DNA of 62,958 bases, filler included, from Lenisia limosa (lineage: Eukaryota > Protista > Breviatea): assembly GCA_001655205.1 (NCBI GenBank). It is 6 parts of 6 records of this genome, joined end to end, with 100 filler letters (N's around TTAATTAATTAA, not from the genome) between each part and the next. Parts side by side here need not be neighbours in the genome. Positions count along the whole stretch, not along the records: positions 1 to 16,445 come from LPNZ01001630.1; 5 more parts are not named here. One strand, given 5' to 3'. Under the pieces are notes generated by a model. It saw only the letters and a program-made list of their open reading frames with translations, was not told where the DNA came from and searched no databases. Positions 1-13,100 of this stretch are shown here, piece by piece; position 1 is the first letter of the stretch, and each line of letters begins with the position of its first letter. A program made the position numbers and the translations under genes.

Positions 1-888
1 GTATATATCCAGAAGTAAGAAATCAGAAGACGATTGGAAAATTGATGTTTTCCATGGACTAATATGGGGTCTGAAGCATCCTTCTTAATTCATAATTTAG
101 ATGACACAACACTTGAAAGTTGTCATTAAAAAAGTCATCAGGTGAATCCGTGATGCCTGAATGGCGCTCCCCTCCCTGCTCTTTCCTTCTCTTCTTACCC
201 GAAGTGACCATTTCTGTTCTTTTTTTGCTAAGTTTTCTCAAAGAAGTAAGTGATATTATTATTACTTATTGGATATCTTTAGGCATGCTTTGAGAATATT
301 CTTGTTTAAATATGTCTTTTTGAGCAGATATTGTTGTTTTTCGTGTTTGCTCTCCCGCAAAAGACACCACTTAGGACATTCATCTGTGAGTACAGTGCAC
401 TCTGCTGAGACCGTCTGTCTACTAAGGTGCTGTTTTTAGTGTACATGTCAAACACTTTATTTTACTTGCCTATCATTCAATGGGGCATGCAGCGGTTACG
501 TTATTTACAGAACAGTGTTTATTGTAATCAACAGCAATATCTTTGAGTCTCCAATCATAAAAAAAAAGAATTATCTACGTCAAAAGTTCAAGCCTATGGT
601 CTTCTAGACAAGTTGTTCCATATCCACATCATATGTGGGTGGTTTAGCGGTTCAAGTTTATCAATTTTTATTTAGACTTGTCAATTTCGAGAAAACTGAT
701 AGTTCCGAATTTGAAAATCTTACAAATTGTAATACATTGTTGTACCATTGCAATATGAAGTGCAGGGTGGGCATAACTACAACAGAAATTTGTTTTTAGG
801 AATTTTTTTTGGTTGGATTCTTCTCTTGTTCCAAGCCTCGTGGAGAGGCGTAGATACTAAGAATAGTCCAGTGTATGGCAGCAAATAA
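1..888 (+). CDS. 3' part of a multi-exon membrane protein gene, unidentified
   Basis: Hydrophobic exon-like segments (e.g. ILLFFVFALPQKTPLRTF). Last exon after tttag reads GIFFGWILLLFQASWRGVDTKNSPVYGSK, TAA at 886-888. No family recognised. Confidence 0.3.
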
Positions 889-1796
889 ACGACAGCATCT
901 TACAACAGTCGAGATAATAATTCAATGAAAGTGTGACATGTATATGATATATTTGATATTATAGTATTTGGTAGTAGTATATCATAAAGAAATGTAAAAA
1001 AAAAACGAATAAGAGAAAAAATGCAAAAGAGCAAATTGTACCTCAACCAATGGAANNNNNNNNNNTCAACTTAGAGGGAGTTGGGGGAGGGGGCGCTTTG
1101 ACAGCTACTAAGACTCATATCCGAAAAACTTCAAATTCAAATAGAAAAGACTATGTTTCATTAACTTCAAGAGATCAGAACTTTTTTTAAGAGCAAGCTT
1201 AAATATGAATCATGAAAAATAGCTAACTCAATAAGAAACAGTTTAGTAAAAATGTACCCTTGTAGATTCAGTCACAGTCAGAAAGACAACTGAAGAGAGA
1301 GAAGTTGAATGTGAATGTCTTCGAATCCCGTCTGTTAATAAATTAATAAGCCACAGACCCATATCATAAATAGTAGTATATTATAAATATGCAAAGCAAA
1401 GAATATAGCTTAGCTTGGTTATCAAATACAATGCTCAACAAAGTACACTGTCACAAAATGAGAATACACAAGATCAAACTGACAAATAATTCAAGCCAAA
1501 TCTTCATATAGGAATTGTGTTGAACCCAATCACCCCTCTTAAAGCCATACCAAGTTTCAGGAGCAGATACATCCCATTAGAATTCAAAAAGTGGGCAATC
1601 CAGGTAATAAGTTCAACGCATTTGATCACACCATTCGCAAGTTACATTGTAAGTACAAAACTCTTGATCAACCAACATGCGACGGAGTTATGCTTGATAA
1701 ATGTGATGGGTGAGGTGAAATATTAATAATATCACTTTAACATCACATATGCGATTAAAAATACCTAAATAGAAGATTGATATTCAACTGACATAT

Positions 1797-4330
1797 ATGA
1801 CCGGCAATGAAGAGCGGAGGTGGCTAAGGAGACGAGTCCCCCCCATCAACGCCCTCCGTTTGTACCCCAACAAAGACCCCAACTCGAAGACTGCACGAGC
1901 TTTTCCACAATTCCGACACCGCCAAAAGTGTAATTATCTGACTCTTCTTTTTAGACACTTCGTCGATCTTTTATGATGACCCCTCTCCTATGTGGCAATA
2001 CTATAGCTAAATTATATATGATACACATATGAAATATACATAGCTATAATTTTCGACAGACTGCAAAGACGAAAGGGCACCAAGACTAGCAGCAATGCCA
2101 CCTAGTGATGTTGAATCTCTTGCTCTGGATAATTTCAGCAACTTTGACAGCCCTGATATCTCGCATATTTGTGGGGTGAACGTTACTGTTCTAATCATTT
2201 ATCTGATTTACCGTTGTAGGAAGTGAAGAATAGAGCGAGAGGAGGGCGGAAGCCAAATTGGACAGGAAGGGATAACTGTGTTTTTCTGTTATTATATTTC
2301 TTGACCATTTTTTTGTTGCTAATTTAACACTCTCCTCTTTCTCATCTGACAGGCTGAAACACGAAATTGGACTTCTTGCAAGCGTGATTATTTGCTCTTG
2401 AAAGAGGTATTTTATGGGGAAATCATGTCGTTGTAGAATTATAAGATGAGATTGATAGCTGTCTGATTGTTATCTTCTAGTACAAATCTCCAAAAAGTAC
2501 CGTCGACGCAGTTCCCACCACAAGCTGCTGAACCTCCCCTACCCCCTCCACCAGAGCTGCTCACTGTCGATAAGATCCTTTAGGATGTCTGGCGTGCTAA
2601 TTCGAAGCACCCCTGGCATTCTCAGCGGAAGGTTATGATCGCGGACACTGAGCTTGTTTATCGGAATGGGCGATGCGGTCAAGAAGGAATTCTGGATGCC
2701 TTGAAGAAGGTTGGTAAATATTACTGTTTTTTTGACATTCTTTCAAAATAATATTCTGATAAACATGACAATACTGTATCCTTAGTATTTTCCTAAGCCA
2801 ATTTCCAAGTTTTGGGACAGGAAATTGGCAAATAATGGCTGCATCGTGTCTTTGGACAGTCGTGGTCAAAGGTGGAGTAGGATTCTCTTTTGGTTGAAAA
2901 AGTCTTTGAATTAACCGTTTAGCCTTGGGGTAGGTGTTCCCTGGATTAGTTGCATATGAGATCGCAATTAATCCATTTTACCCCTTTAACAATTAAGAAA
3001 CAACGACTTCCACTGCCGGCCAGATGCCTGAGAGCCCTCATCGAAGTGATGCCCTTCAATATCTGAAGAAGCGTGGCCGGCATCGTCGGTGATTCCTTGG
3101 GCCTGATCCTCCCATTTGCGGTGCTGCACGCTCAGTTTCCACCAAACAACAATCACCATGAGAACAATGTTTGTGGTGAAGTTTGGAATATGTTTTTCAC
3201 AATGTGGTATATGGTGGTTTCTTATTGTTCAGCAACATCTTGGAAATGTTGTTTCGCGCTTTCATGCCTGCCACAACCAACCTCAAAATGGATCTCTCTG
3301 TCGTGTACATCGTCCTGCTTTCTTTGTTTTATAAGTCAACAACAAACTCTTTGATATCCTCAGAGCTGACCGGCCACATGGGGAAAAAAAACCTTCTCAT
3401 CGTTGAGGCAGCAATAAATCTGGTCTGGCCCGCCTTTGTACAAAAGTAACCATGATATTCATGAATTTCATTTGCTTGCATCTGTCGCCCGGTTTACATC
3501 TTGAAAAAAACTGACCAACATCAAGGTATGAGTCACCTTTTCTTCTATTGCGTATATATGGTCGTATGTTTAAACGGAGAGGGCTTTATCATACAAACAG
3601 TGGTTTAAAATTGGGTGGTGTCCATTTAGTAGTAATAATGTATCTTCAAAAAAACAACACTTACTACACTTCGAACTATAAATGGGTTGTCTAGGATGCC
3701 ATCTCGGAATCTTTGATGTATTTTTGGTGTGTTATCACTTTTTGCCATTGAGATAACCCAAAATTCTAAACATTGTTCGCATTTACCTAAGTTGCTTGTT
3801 AAAATGTTGTAATTCCATTATATTCTCGTGAACACGCTCGAGCAGAGTCATTACATGCAGAAGCATATGCAAGAGGTGCAGAAATTCTTTGAGCGGCACT
3901 CGGCGATCTTTGATGAGAGGTAATGAATTTATTTACTCTTTTATAAAACAAAATCCCTTGTGACATTTTAGGGTTATTGAACTATACCATAAGGTCATGG
4001 ATGCGGCTCAGGTGCGCTGGTGCACTGCGCAAGACTACTCAGCAACAGCAGAGGTTTGTGGTTACAATATTCACAATTTTTTATTATTCTTCATGATTTA
4101 TTGAATTAGCTTCAAGCCACGTACTCCAAAATACGTTCCGACATCATTGCCAATGGGGAAAGTGGGTCTTCAAGGGGAATATGGGATGGGAGGTGGGTAA
4201 TATGGGGAATAGTTCGGTGACATGGCGTGGTGTACTTATCAGTGAAAACCCCTGTTGGCATGGAGGGGCTTTTCCAGCCTGGTGAACGCTACCAAGTCCG
4301 GAGAGCAGGCCATGACCCGCAAAGATGCTT
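1797..4330 (+). CDS. One or more multi-exon hypothetical protein genes, structure unresolved
   Basis: ATG at 1797 (MTGNEERRWLRRRVPPINALRLYPNKDP). Further GT/AG-bounded open segments: DVWRANSKHPWHSQRKVMIADTELVYRNGRCGQEGILDALKK (~2584-2709) and NTLEQSHYMQKHMQEVQKFFERHSAIFDER/VIELYHKVMDAAQVRWC (~3831-4050). Joins not resolved. Confidence 0.35.
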
Positions 4331-7300
4331 GTAGTTTGGGGTCATTTTAGACCAATGGGATGGAATCAGCCTCGTTGACACGGAACACGAATTTTTTTTT
4401 CTTTTTACAATCAAAGAATGGCTCTTGGCCCAAGGAATGGTGATGGCTTCCAGTCATCGGCTGTCTACCTTCCAACGGTTCCTTCTGCAACTTCGGTCAA
4501 AGCAACTAAAAATGATCCAATTTTCTTGATCCAAAGATAGCGTGCCAGGTGATCTCGTTGGCCGTTCTCTATCTTCTTCTTTCCCTCTTCTTCTTTTTTA
4601 ATCACTTTTTTGGACCTCTTCTTCACTGGCTTCGATGAGTCTAAAATGTAAATGACACAAAAAATTGAACATTGTGTACAGCCTAAAGGGGAAATTTCTG
4701 AGAGAATAAGGAGAGGTAGGGGAGTAAAATTAAAAAACTCTTCACAACCAGAAACCGCCAGGACTTCTTTATCTTTTTTATACCAGAAAGCCGTTATTGT
4801 AACTGTTGTGGACAGCCTGTCACAGCAAGCACAGAAACAGCTTTCTCTTGCCTTCATTTATGTTGTGAAAGGTGCATCCGCATCATCACTATCACACGTT
4901 ATAGCACAACTGAACCTCCCGAAGCTTCCGGAAGCATTCTTTAATAATGTGTTACTATTATTGAAATAGCAATGTATATCAGTGATATATGTAATATCAA
5001 TGTAATAATACAACACGAAGCTAAATGCACCTTAAAACATCACCACTTATCATATTATGATGATATTCAATTAAAATTCTCCAATCAACTTGAACAATCA
5101 CAAACCTGAAGTCCTGCGACATCCTTCAGTTGGGCTTCGGTGGAATGGGCGTAATCAGGGTTTCCAGTGTACTCATCTTGTGCCAAGAAGTATGACTGTA
5201 GCACTGACTTGGCGAGCTCGACTTCAGCTTCTGGCCGGAACAATCCATTGACAATCTCTTGCTGAATCTCAAACAGTGGTGCGGAAACTGAGTCAACAAA
5301 CGATGCGATTTGCTGCTCTTGGGGACCCATCTTCTTCTCGCCTTCTCTCATTGAAGCCTCAAACTTGGTGATTGTTCTGTGGCTGGGAAGGCCAGGCAGG
5401 TTGAGACGGCTTGGATTGTTTTCAACGAAGAGATCACCAGACTCGAAGGCCAAGTCCATACCAACGCGTGGAAGGCTGTAGCTACTAGCGGTAAGACGAA
5501 ACTGACTACTGCCAACTTCCTGAACCCCGTGGAGCCCGGGCACTTTGACCTTGGGGACTCGGGAGCAATGTCGCAGCTCCCCGAGGATGTGACGTCTTTG
5601 TAACCCCCCCCCTTTTTTTTTAAGTGAGAGGGGTCTGGTGACATGATACTTTGATTGTTACAAAGATCTCTTTTCTGACAACTTAGGTCAACTGGAGAAG
5701 CACCAGTTGTCATAATTTTTTCTTGATATAATATGTTTCTTGGTGTAAAATTGAAGATACGCAATTTCAACCAGTAGTAAATATTCCATATCATATTCAT
5801 CACCTGGAAAATCTCGATGTTACGCGAACAAATACCTGATAAATGAAAAACAATTTAAAAGGTATAAAAAAAACACACTCCGCGAATGGCTATTTCATAA
5901 GAAATATTCCTACTCCAAAACCACCAATTTGTTCCTTTCTTAAAAATACAACAGAACTACATTACAGACAAAAAGACACAGATCGTGAAAGTCTATTCTC
6001 ACACTTCATATTGAATTCAGACGAATGAGGGTTATGATACTGGCTGTGTTAGTGGAATAATAGTGGTCTTGACTTTAAGGTTTCAAAAAGACAGACAAAA
6101 TAGTTTTACGCTATTCTGTTTGATGACATCCAAAATAGTCGAGGACTATCAAGAAAGTCTTTTCAGAACGAAATCAAAATTCACTCCCACCTTTCATTTC
6201 CATCATGAGTAAACCCCTTGGGAGTTGGACTTTCGAGTGGCCAGGATAGCCAGGTCAATAAGAAAATCGTCACAGCGCTCACTTGTGTGGAACTGTGATG
6301 TGATGTGGGGTAGAGTGAACATATCACATTGTGTTTACCAGGGAAAATTAAAGCTCATATGTGCCCAAAAGCCAAAAACAAAGAGGCGTTTTCCCCCACC
6401 TTTATTTTACCGTCAATTCCCAAGGAAGCAACTGGAGTGGCAATTCTAAACCGTAAACAGATAAATACTTGATTAATGTTTGACAAACAGGCTACATTCA
6501 TAGTGTATAATAATAAATGTTAATATCATTATCATAGTACACTCCTTGATATGGTATGATATGCATTTTCTGTTTCATACTGAATAAGAAACAAACAGTC
6601 AACATCCAAGAATAGGTAATTGACCAACCTTGAAATAGTGCATGCCTCCTCTTTAATCCCCGTGGTAGACGCAAGGTGTTTTAGTAGAACTTCAGTAGTA
6701 TTGCGGACAATAGTACTGCCTAATATGGTAACACTGAATTTCACCTCCTAATATTGCCCAATAACTATTGTACCCCTCAATCAACCAATGTCCTTAAACA
6801 AGATGGTGGAAATGTTTCAGCTCGACTCGACTTTCAAAAACAGTCTTATCTAGAAAATGGCAAATACCTGGTAGGTAGGCCATGAACAAGGTACATGAAT
6901 AAGACAGCATTTTGACCCCCCCCCCCAACACAACNNNNNNNNNNNNNNNNNNNNNNNNNNNNNNNNNNNNNNNNNNNNNNNNNNNNNNNNNNNNNNNNNN
7001 NNNNNNNNNNNNNNNNNNNNNNNNGAAGACGATAGTTGGCGGCTTTGACACTAAAACGGTCAAAAAGGCACTCCTCTAAACAAAAGTGCTACAGTCAATA
7101 TAACATCATATCATACTGCAGCGAAATTTCGGCACTTCCTAAAAATCAACCGACAAAAGGCATGTGAACAAAACGGTAATGAGGATGTGGACGGATTCCA
7201 CCACACCCCCCCACGCCGAAGACAACGCCGCCCAGTCTTCTCGGGGTATTGTCAGGGTTATGGAGTCAAGCCCAGGGCATTCAGCGCAAAGTTGAAGGGT

Positions 7301-10050
7301 CAAACTCAGAGGTGTGGGCTTGGACGAAGATACGTCTGATAGTCAGAGAATTGCGAGTTGTTACAGGAGAAAACCTAAAAACAAGCGGCAAGAAACTGGT
7401 TATACCACCCACTTCCTGCATCCCCCCATTTGCCAGCCATATAAGCCAAGTTGAAGGGTTGAATCTTCAATGGTGCTAATGAGGCATCAAATCTAGGTAA
7501 TGAGGTTTTGTCTCTTCCTGGCTGACAGAAAACTATAAGGAATAAATGTTCTTGCTAGGCACATAAACTGTCAACCACCATCCTTGATTCCTCTAATTCA
7601 ATTCGGCAAAGCACAGGTGACACACTGTGGTATGTATAGTTCCCAATAATGCATCCATAGGGCACACTCCAAATGATACAAGCATTTACAACGTTCGGTT
7701 TTATAACGTTAATGAAACAATGACCCCCCCCCCCCACGTGAGNNNNNNNNNNNNNNNNNNNNNNNNNNNNNNNNNNNNNNNNNNNNNNNNNNNNNNNNNN
7801 NNNNNNNNNNNNNNNNNNNNNNNNNNNNNGCCCGAACCATGCATATAGGGTACCACATGAACCCTGGGCCGGCTTTGGACTCCTCCTTCTCTGTCAGACC
7901 CGCGGGATAGAGAATCACTGTCACGGGTCCAAATGCCGCACCTAGACGGTGAATCGGGTGGATACATGAGGTTGCGGATAGAAATAGATTATTTATCAGT
8001 TTTTTTTGACGAAGGGTTTGCTTTTCGATTTGATTAATGATAATACTTAGAACAGGTTCACTGCTGAGGTGGGTGGGTAAACAACACTGGAAGAAACTCC
8101 AACCACCTGGTTTTACAGAGGACTTGTCTATAGATGCTGTGAGCGCTAAAGAATGCCGGCCTAATGTGATTAAAAATAGCACGAAGAGAGAATAGCCAAA
8201 ATGTAAGCATGAGGCCAAAAAAAAAAAAATGCAGCAATTCCAAATGACAACAAACCTGAACTTGGCATTGCCCCGTTTGCCGCTGTTGATATTGGGAACA
8301 TGTGGGCAGCGCAGGTACCTTCTCCACTGTATGGTCAATTCTCACCTTAAAATAGAAGCACTGGAAGAAAATAGGGCTCAAATTGTTCTTGACTGAATAA
8401 ATCCCCTTTCATTCTGTGCTTAAAAATATAACAAGATTTTCTCATTCAAAACCAGCGGCAAACCATCTTTCATGTACATATTGCACAAATGATTCGCTAT
8501 GTCTTCTCAAGAGTCTAGCAGTGATGACCTGTCCGAAGTTGTGCAGCGGGCTTAGTTTATGTAGCAGCAACGTCTTATGTAGAAGTCCTAACAGTTTAAT
8601 GGATTTCTCAATAGAGGCAGGGTGTAATGTTATATGGCTGCCGCTTCAAATATAAATTTACCATAAACTTCTTAAATGGTTTTGTCGAGTCAGACTTAAA
8701 GGAAGAAATGAGTGTGTGATCTCACAAAATACGCGCCATAAGTTGGCAAACCTCCAAAATCAGAGAGATCCTGCACTAATCCGTCCAGGATCCGTTTATG
8801 AACATCAACCTTATCCTAAAATGGTAAGAGGTGGACGAGAGGGGCAGAAGTATACCATTTGTGCGCATTTCTTGGATTTTCAACTGTTCTCTGACTTTTT
8901 TGACCCTTCAATGTTTCTATTATAATTCTATCAAACACAATATTCGCATATATTTCTCAATCTTCATCTTGAATTATTTTGTTTTTGGTTTTATATAGTC
9001 AACTTTGTGGGGTTTATATGCTCTCCCTTTTGCCGTGATTTTGCCCCCCACTCGCCCCTTCTATCCAAAATAGTTCATAGAATTTAGGATTGAAGCTATT
9101 TAAAGAGTTAGGAGAACGGAAGCCCGGAAGTACCACCCCCAACTTGGGTCGCCCTATTATCATGACTCCCCCTGAGGTGTCAACACACTTGGGAATCGGA
9201 GTGGAGTGGGGCTCGTTAGTGTCTGTTAAACATGACTATTCCAAACTTGACCAGGTTGGTGTATCAGAGTCATTCAGGCTTTGCTTGATACCATAATGTC
9301 TGTCAGGTCATTGCCGAGATCATCAGCAGACTCAGCAATGTTGAGGGGACTGTCAATGGTAAACTGGGGTGGAGATAATGATAGGATATTGCGTACTTTT
9401 TACCCAGTATATTCAAGGATAATTAAATACGTAACCATTTGCTTTGTCAACAATGTCAAAATATATTTGATTTGCAGAGCTATGAGGTGGATTTTGTAAA
9501 TATGTCTTATGAAATTGTTTTTCACATGTTTTGCTCTGATATCTCATGAGCTCAAGATATTTTCACGTTTCTTTTGAAAAAACATGTTAAAATTTTAAAT
9601 TTGATTATCATAATGCTGATATCAATGACCCTGTTCCACATTGTCACGACTCACCTCAGCCTCAGCGGAAGCCTTCCCCAGCCTCCAAGACCAAATCGAT
9701 ACCCTTCGAGAGAACATGAAGAACCAGACTACACAGAAGGAATTAGGCCAGTCACGTGATCAAGATGCCACGCGGGAGGAAAACGTGACATCTTCCCATG
9801 ATAATGAAGGACGTCTTCCGTATGCATAGATTATCGCAATTTCATCGAAAGTTATGTTGAAGAGTATAATTTTCTTCGTAAATTTTAAAACCAAGATTCA
9901 ACATTGGGATTAAACTCTGAATAACTCTGTAGCCTTGCACATTCATCGAACGATGCAAGCAGAAGCGGTAATGCACCCAGTCCACTCGATGTAGGGATGG
10001 AGGAGTGCTTTACAATTAACAGTATGCAAAATTGTTTTAGGTCCTCTTTC
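4250..10050 (-). CDS. Large multi-exon hypothetical protein, boundaries approximate
   Basis: Series of minus-strand AG/GT-bounded open segments: SGSSCSLEGYRFGLGGWGRLPLRL (~9655-9730), FTIDSPLNIAESADDLGNDLTDIM (~9292-9363), DKVDVHKRILDGLVQDLSDFG (~8753-8816), GAAFGPVTVILYPAGLTEKEESKAGP (~7865-7943), and the long exon in ORF 5085-5543. No family recognised; could be more than one gene. Confidence 0.45.
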
Positions 10051-10189
10051 AACTACACAACCTGATTGCAGTGATCTTCATTCATATCATGTGATATGTA
10101 TGTTGAATAACAATTGAAATTAATGAAGGAAATTATGATGAATAGTGTATTTGATTTGATATGATGCCACTTCTGCTACATTACCGGAT

Positions 10190-13100
10190 ATGTTCAAGGA
10201 GGATTGTGACAGTCTAGGTGACAAGCTTAAGTGCTGAGGTGGAATCATTGAGAAAAGCCCTTGACAAGGCTGAAAGTGAGCGAGAAGAATCAGAGAGAAG
10301 AAGAGAAGAGGCTGAAAAAAGAAGAGAAGAGGCAGAGAAAAAACGAGAGGAAGTAGAGAAAAGAAGAGAAGAAAATGACAAGAAAGGAGACGAGACAAAA
10401 GAAACTGGTGTCTCCCAAGAAAATGACAAGGCTGGAAAGGAGGTGAGTTTTTTTACTTCCAAGATTAAAATAAATGCAATAGATTAAAATAAATGCAATG
10501 ACAATCAGGTTCCATTCAGGGTTAAGTGCATGATGAGCTTACTAATTCTCATACGATTTTCGAAAGACCTTGAAAATGCTATTTGTAAACATCAGCAGCT
10601 CTCTTTCATCATAATAATCCGCCTTTAATGACTATTGTCAGAGAGGTCAAGGCGAACGTCTCTCTCAGACCACGAGGGAAGCCAGCATGGCTGATTTAAG
10701 GGACGCCATTAATGGACCTCAGTCGGTGCAGAGTCTCAAGGACCGGCTGGACCAGGCTGAAGAGTCCCTTGTTAAGCTCGAGGCGAAGGTTGGGGCAGCA
10801 CTTGGTGGAATTGATACGTATAAACTCAGAATTCCAGCTTGCTCCACTGTCTATTCTTAACGTATTTAGGAAAACATACAGGCGGCCCCATCTTCTCTTC
10901 AGGATATTGAGGACCTTCACAACGCTGTTATGCGACAGGTAGGCTGATGTCAAAGAAAAGAGAAGTGCCACCGGACAAATGCTGCGTGGTGGTGAATATC
11001 AGAAGTATAGCAAAGGAGACCTTAATCAACAGCGCATTATGACTTGGCTTCCAACGGTCCCAAAACGATAAATCTCAATATTTAAACGGTTTTTTTCGGA
11101 CCGTATAGGTAATTCCTAATTGTGACAATTCCAGGACAATCTGGTGGAAGATGCGCTTAGGCGACTTTCAGATTTAGAGGCACATCAGCACAGTGCCCCT
11201 CTGCAGAGTACGACGGGATCTTCAAGCTTTTTGAGATGATTGAAGTCAGATAAGGTTGAGATAAGGTCATGATTGGTTGACGTTGGAATTGTCTATTTCA
11301 AAGATGAGAGTATATGATAGTACAAAAAAAGAGAATTAGGTAGGCCTTCACCGCGTAGAAGGTTCTGCCGAAGCCGAAGCAAGCACTCTTTCGGCATCCT
11401 CTCTTCCGCCCATCAAATCAGTGGGATTTGTGATTATAATAACTAATGAAGATCCAGCCCAATATGAAAACCATGCGCCCATTGGCTAACTCAATCAAAA
11501 ACTGAGATCGTATCAAAATATATCAATTGATTGTTTTGATTTCCGGACCAATTTCCGGACCAATACTCTCTACTTTCTTTTAGTGCGGACCATGACCACA
11601 TAGGCTACGCCCCTCCCACCATCAACCGCGTCAAATCCCGACCTTGCCATGCAATCTCTTGCGTCTGGTGAGCTGAGACTAGTCAGTTAGCTGAAACGTT
11701 CCTAAAACGGTTATTTACCGCTTATGATATATCATAAGTTGTTCCCCTCACCCTTTAGACATGGGGCTGCTTCGCGGCACAATGGAGGCCTACGGTCGCG
11801 ATGCTGGCCGACTCCGAGCAGACATCACTTCCGCCGCCAACCGAGCCGTTCGAGCCCTCGAGGTGGCCGAAGCCGCGGATAGGAAGGTGTGTGGGGGGTA
11901 GATTACATATGATACTCCCTATGATAATATGAAATTGGCTGACTCTTGCAGGCGTCGGAGCTGTCGGCTGCCAACGTCGGAACGGAAGCGGTTAACGATC
12001 TGTTCCGGGCTAGAATGTCGGATATTGAGGCTGATGTGGGGGGATGGTCATTTTGTGGCAGCATTCCTAACCACATAATGATGTGAAAATATCAGAACTG
12101 TGGTCTGGAGGATTTTCCTTTTGTTTTTGAATCATACAGTACCATTAATATTCGCAGACTCTAAGCGCCAAGCAAGCCGCAAATTCGTCTGCTCTGGTCA
12201 CTTCGGATATGTCCAAGGTATAAAGGGGTTGGAAGTGTCCAAGGTATCAAGGAGTTGGAAGTGTAGCTAAACGCACCTTTGTATTGAACCTGAACGCACC
12301 TTTGTATTGAACCACGGTCTTTACTGACTTTTGTATTCCTTGATAGCTTGCGGTGTTTTTCCGATCAGAATAAAGCCTTGTCAGTGACTGCTTAGGACCT
12401 TGATAACCTCATCAATCGGGTCAATTCTCTCGAGAGCCGTCCCTCCCTGAACTCCAGCTCTTCAAGGTAAACCCTCTTGAGACGCGAAAAACTATTACTG
12501 CTTACGTGGAAAATTGTCAGTTCCCATGCGATTACGCGATCAGTGTGGTCCAAAAAGGAGCTCACATTAGTATCACATTTTGCAAACCCATTTAGGGGTG
12601 AACCCGCGGCAGCCACTGTCCTCTCTCCAGGTGTCACAGCACAAATCACTTCCGCCCAGAACGCTGCTGACTCAGCTGCCCAACATGCCAACAATTTGAA
12701 GCTTGAGGTTGGCTGTGGAAATAGCGTTTTCAAAGGTTGGAATAGTTTCTCCTCTATTGATAATTGAGCTCACCATTCTGATACTTTTGAGTCTAACTGT
12801 GTTTATTCAAGCAACCGTACTCATTCACTCAACAATATATTTTAAATTGTTTGTACAGACAAATTATATAATAATCATCTTTTTTGATTTCGCAACATCT
12901 CACACAATGCTTGAACACATCGTGTGCGCAGATTTTCCCGTACGAAAGCATATCATAATTGTAGCTTGGACAACCACTAGTGGGGTATCCGCCCGACGCA
13001 CACGATTCTAACACCTGACAGATAATGCACACGAGTTTCTAACACCGACAGATTGAGGCACTGAAGGACATCACTGCTGCCAGTGAATTGAAGGCTACTC

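Noticed and set aside
2540-2710. Possible TAG reassignment (in-frame DKIL*DVWRANSK)
   Set aside because: The TAG is part of tttag, a typical acceptor. No in-frame TAG or TAA was seen in conserved exons of the recognised genes, and delta-COP, BUD22 and FGGY end at TAG.
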